In this document: positions 61,858 to 64,000 of the stretch, one piece after another
Layout: every line of letters starts with the position of its first letter
Numbering within the stretch: the first letter of the stretch is position 1
Assembly: GCA_009103225.1 (NCBI GenBank)
Contig: RHPI01000797.1
Coordinates: 1,162,705-1,226,704 of the forward strand
Source: Chlorokybus atmophyticus
Taxonomy: Eukaryota > Plantae > Mesostigma and Chlorokybus algae
Direction of reading: 5' to 3'
Length of the DNA: 64,000 nt
Translations under genes and position numbers: made by a program
Notes under the pieces: model-generated
Seen by the model: the letters and a program-made list of their open reading frames with translations, nothing else
Told to the model about the DNA's origin: nothing
The model's database searches: none

Positions 61858-62067
61858 CCGTATCTTTCGGCACACGTTCGGCGCTATATATGTATATCAA
61901 AATTACGTTACCCTAAGCAAACCCTAAATGCAAGTGTTGTAAGTTGTAAGTTGTTGCAATTTGCCGCCCATTCTTGGCAGCGGCAGCGGCGGCGGCGGCG
62001 GCGGCGGCGACGGCACGGTGCATTTTGGGAGAAGATTGTGACGGTTATAGGGCGTGGGGCGTGGGTG
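61858..62067 (+). mobile_element. Left terminus of a probable Tc1/mariner (pogo/Tc2-like) non-autonomous element
   Basis: TA|CCGTATCTTTCGG start; duplicated at 50022; followed by (CT)n (62106-62269) and CA-rich repeats. Confidence 0.55.
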
Positions 62068-62103
62068 TGGAATCCTGTCGCGGGTAAGAGGGGGCAAGGG
62101 TAG

Positions 62104-62269
<166 letters not shown>

Positions 62270-62586
62270 NGCATGCACATGCACGCACAGTGCATGAGCG
62301 ACCGCTGTTTGCAGCTGCACACACACACACGCGCACGCACGCACGCACGCACGCACGCACACGCATGCATGTGTGCACGCCACATCACATTGATCACATT
62401 GGCAGGTATTGCGGACAAGCACGCACTTACTTAAACACACACATCAGGACTGCAGCCCTCCCCTCTCACGCACACGCACCATGCGCGCACGAACGCATGC
62501 ACATGTACCTATGCACACGTGGTGCACGCACGCTGCATGAGCAACCACTGCGCACAGCTGCGTCCACACACACACACGCACACAAA

Positions 62587-62628
<42 letters not shown>

Positions 62629-62800
62629 CACACNGCACGCACTTACTTAAACACACACGTCAGGACTGCAGCCCTCCCCTCTCAAGCACACGCACGCATG
62701 CGCGCACGAACGCATGCACATGTACGTATGCACACGTGGGTGCACGCACACTGCATGAGCAACCACTGCACACAGCTGCGTCCACACACACACACGCACA

Positions 62801-62837
<37 letters not shown>

Positions 62838-63132
62838 CCACCCACACACCCACACACACGTGCAAGCACGCACGCACGCACGCATACATGCACACGCACG
62901 CATGTGTGCACGCCACATTACATCAATAACATGGGCATGTATTGCGGACGCAAGCACTGAAACACACGCGTCAGAACTGCAGCCCTCCCCTCTCAGGCAC
63001 ACGCACGCACGCAGGCTCCACACACACGCGCACACACATAGTGTATGCGCATCAGATGCAAGTGACACAAGCACGCATACACACGTGCACGCGCTCGGCC
63101 ATTGTGTTACTTATCTTTATGGTTTCATGCAG

Positions 63133-63573
63133 ACAACGGGAAAGAAGCGCACCAGCACATCCACCAAGTCAAGCATGGCCAAAACGTCCAAGACTAAGTA
63201 CGGCGGTGGACACAAGAAGACACCCAAGGGGAAGCGTCCTAGCAGCGCTGGTCAGGGTGTTGTTCCACGTCGCGAGGCGCGCAAAGAACGTCGGGTACGT
63301 CAAACCTTGGTGTATGTGTTGCAAGCATATATTAATCATTTTTCTTGTCAGAAACACTTTGCTGTGAAGCTTACCAAAGATCGCAACGGCACGCCACTAA
63401 CGCCGAAGCGGCGTCAATGCTTACGCAAGCGCTGCGACTCCTGCGGAAAGCACACATCATACTATTGCACTGGGTGTTTGCACAAAAACTTAGCAGGCGA
63501 GGAGACGGGGCGACACATGTGGTTCTGTCGCGATAAGTGCTTTACCACATACCATGGCCTACCTGGTTATTAA
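63133..63573 (+). CDS. Basic region plus piggyBac-type C-terminal cysteine-rich domain, no catalytic domain visible; CRD part repeated at 63707-63867
   Basis: ...RREARKERR|KHFAVKLTKDRNG...RKRCDSCGKHTSYYCTGCLHK...WFCRDKCFTTYH*; intron GTACGT...TCAG at about 63295-63352. Confidence 0.65.
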   Translation, partial: TTGKKRTSTSTKSSMAKTSKTKYGGGHKKTPKGKRPSSAGQGVVPRREARKERRVRQTLVYVLQAYINHFSCQKHFAVKLTKDRNGTPLTPKRRQCLRKRCDSCGKHTSYYCTGCLHKNLAGEETGRHMWFCRDKCFTTYHGLPGY

Positions 63574-64000
63574 TGTAGGTTACATGATGGTAGCATGCAC
63601 ATTGTGATCTGCAACAATCTTGTAGAAAGATAGCGCAGGTTGTATTATATTCATACATCTGAATGTTTGTATGTCAGTGATGTATTGTGCTTCAGTGATG
63701 TATCNTGTCAATGCTTACGCAAGCGCTGCAACTCCTGCGGAAAGCACACATCATACTATTGCACTGGGTGTTTGCACAAAAACTTAGCAGGCGAGGAGAC
63801 GGGGCGACACATGTGGTTTTGTCGCGATAAGTGCTTTACCACATACCATGGCCTACCTGGTTACTGATGTAGGTTATATGATGGTAGCATGCACATTGTG
63901 ATCTGCGACAATCTTGTAGAAAGATAGCGCAGGTTGTATTATATTCATACTCCTGAATGTTTGTATGTCAGTGATGTATTGTGCTTCAGTGATGTGATAT

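Noticed and set aside
62290-63132. His/Thr-rich N-terminal part of the 427-aa ORF
   Set aside because: Translation of CA-rich simple repeats spanning an N; only the 63133-63573 part looks coding.

Overview
Eukaryotic nuclear DNA from an intron-rich, GC-rich green organism, probably a flagellate-stage streptophyte or green alga. This is an inference from short GT-AG introns, a plant-type o-thioredoxin, AAACCCTAA telo-boxes and a CFAP97-type ciliary gene. The assembly is a draft, with single-N joins inside (GA)n, (CT)n, poly-G and poly-C tracts. Host genes: a conserved hypothetical gene (<1-2040), a WD40 protein, an atypical Trx-o-like gene, a broken helical-domain plus variable ARM-repeat gene, a secreted triple beta-prism/extensin chimera, a CFAP97-like gene, ribosomal L9, an RluA pseudouridine synthase, importin-11 and an EEP pseudogene. 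The rest (about 11.7-19 kb, 23.7-38 kb, 50-64 kb) is mostly decayed mobile DNA: a LINE-type ORF1, three DDE-type transposase families, copia pieces, pogo-like termini and a piggyBac-type Cys-rich domain. Top observations: (1) the L9 stop codon lies 8 nt before the ATG of the intronless RluA gene, a candidate bicistronic organellar-translation locus; (2) an ARM-repeat array with conserved scaffold and hypervariable helix-3 positions behind a hydrophobic/coiled-coil N-terminal domain, a candidate immune-receptor-like family; (3) a tRNA-like plus GGWCC-palindrome module that recurs next to unrelated transposases and ends in a shared motif directly ahead of transcribed-looking sequence. All gene models were read by eye and no database searches were run.
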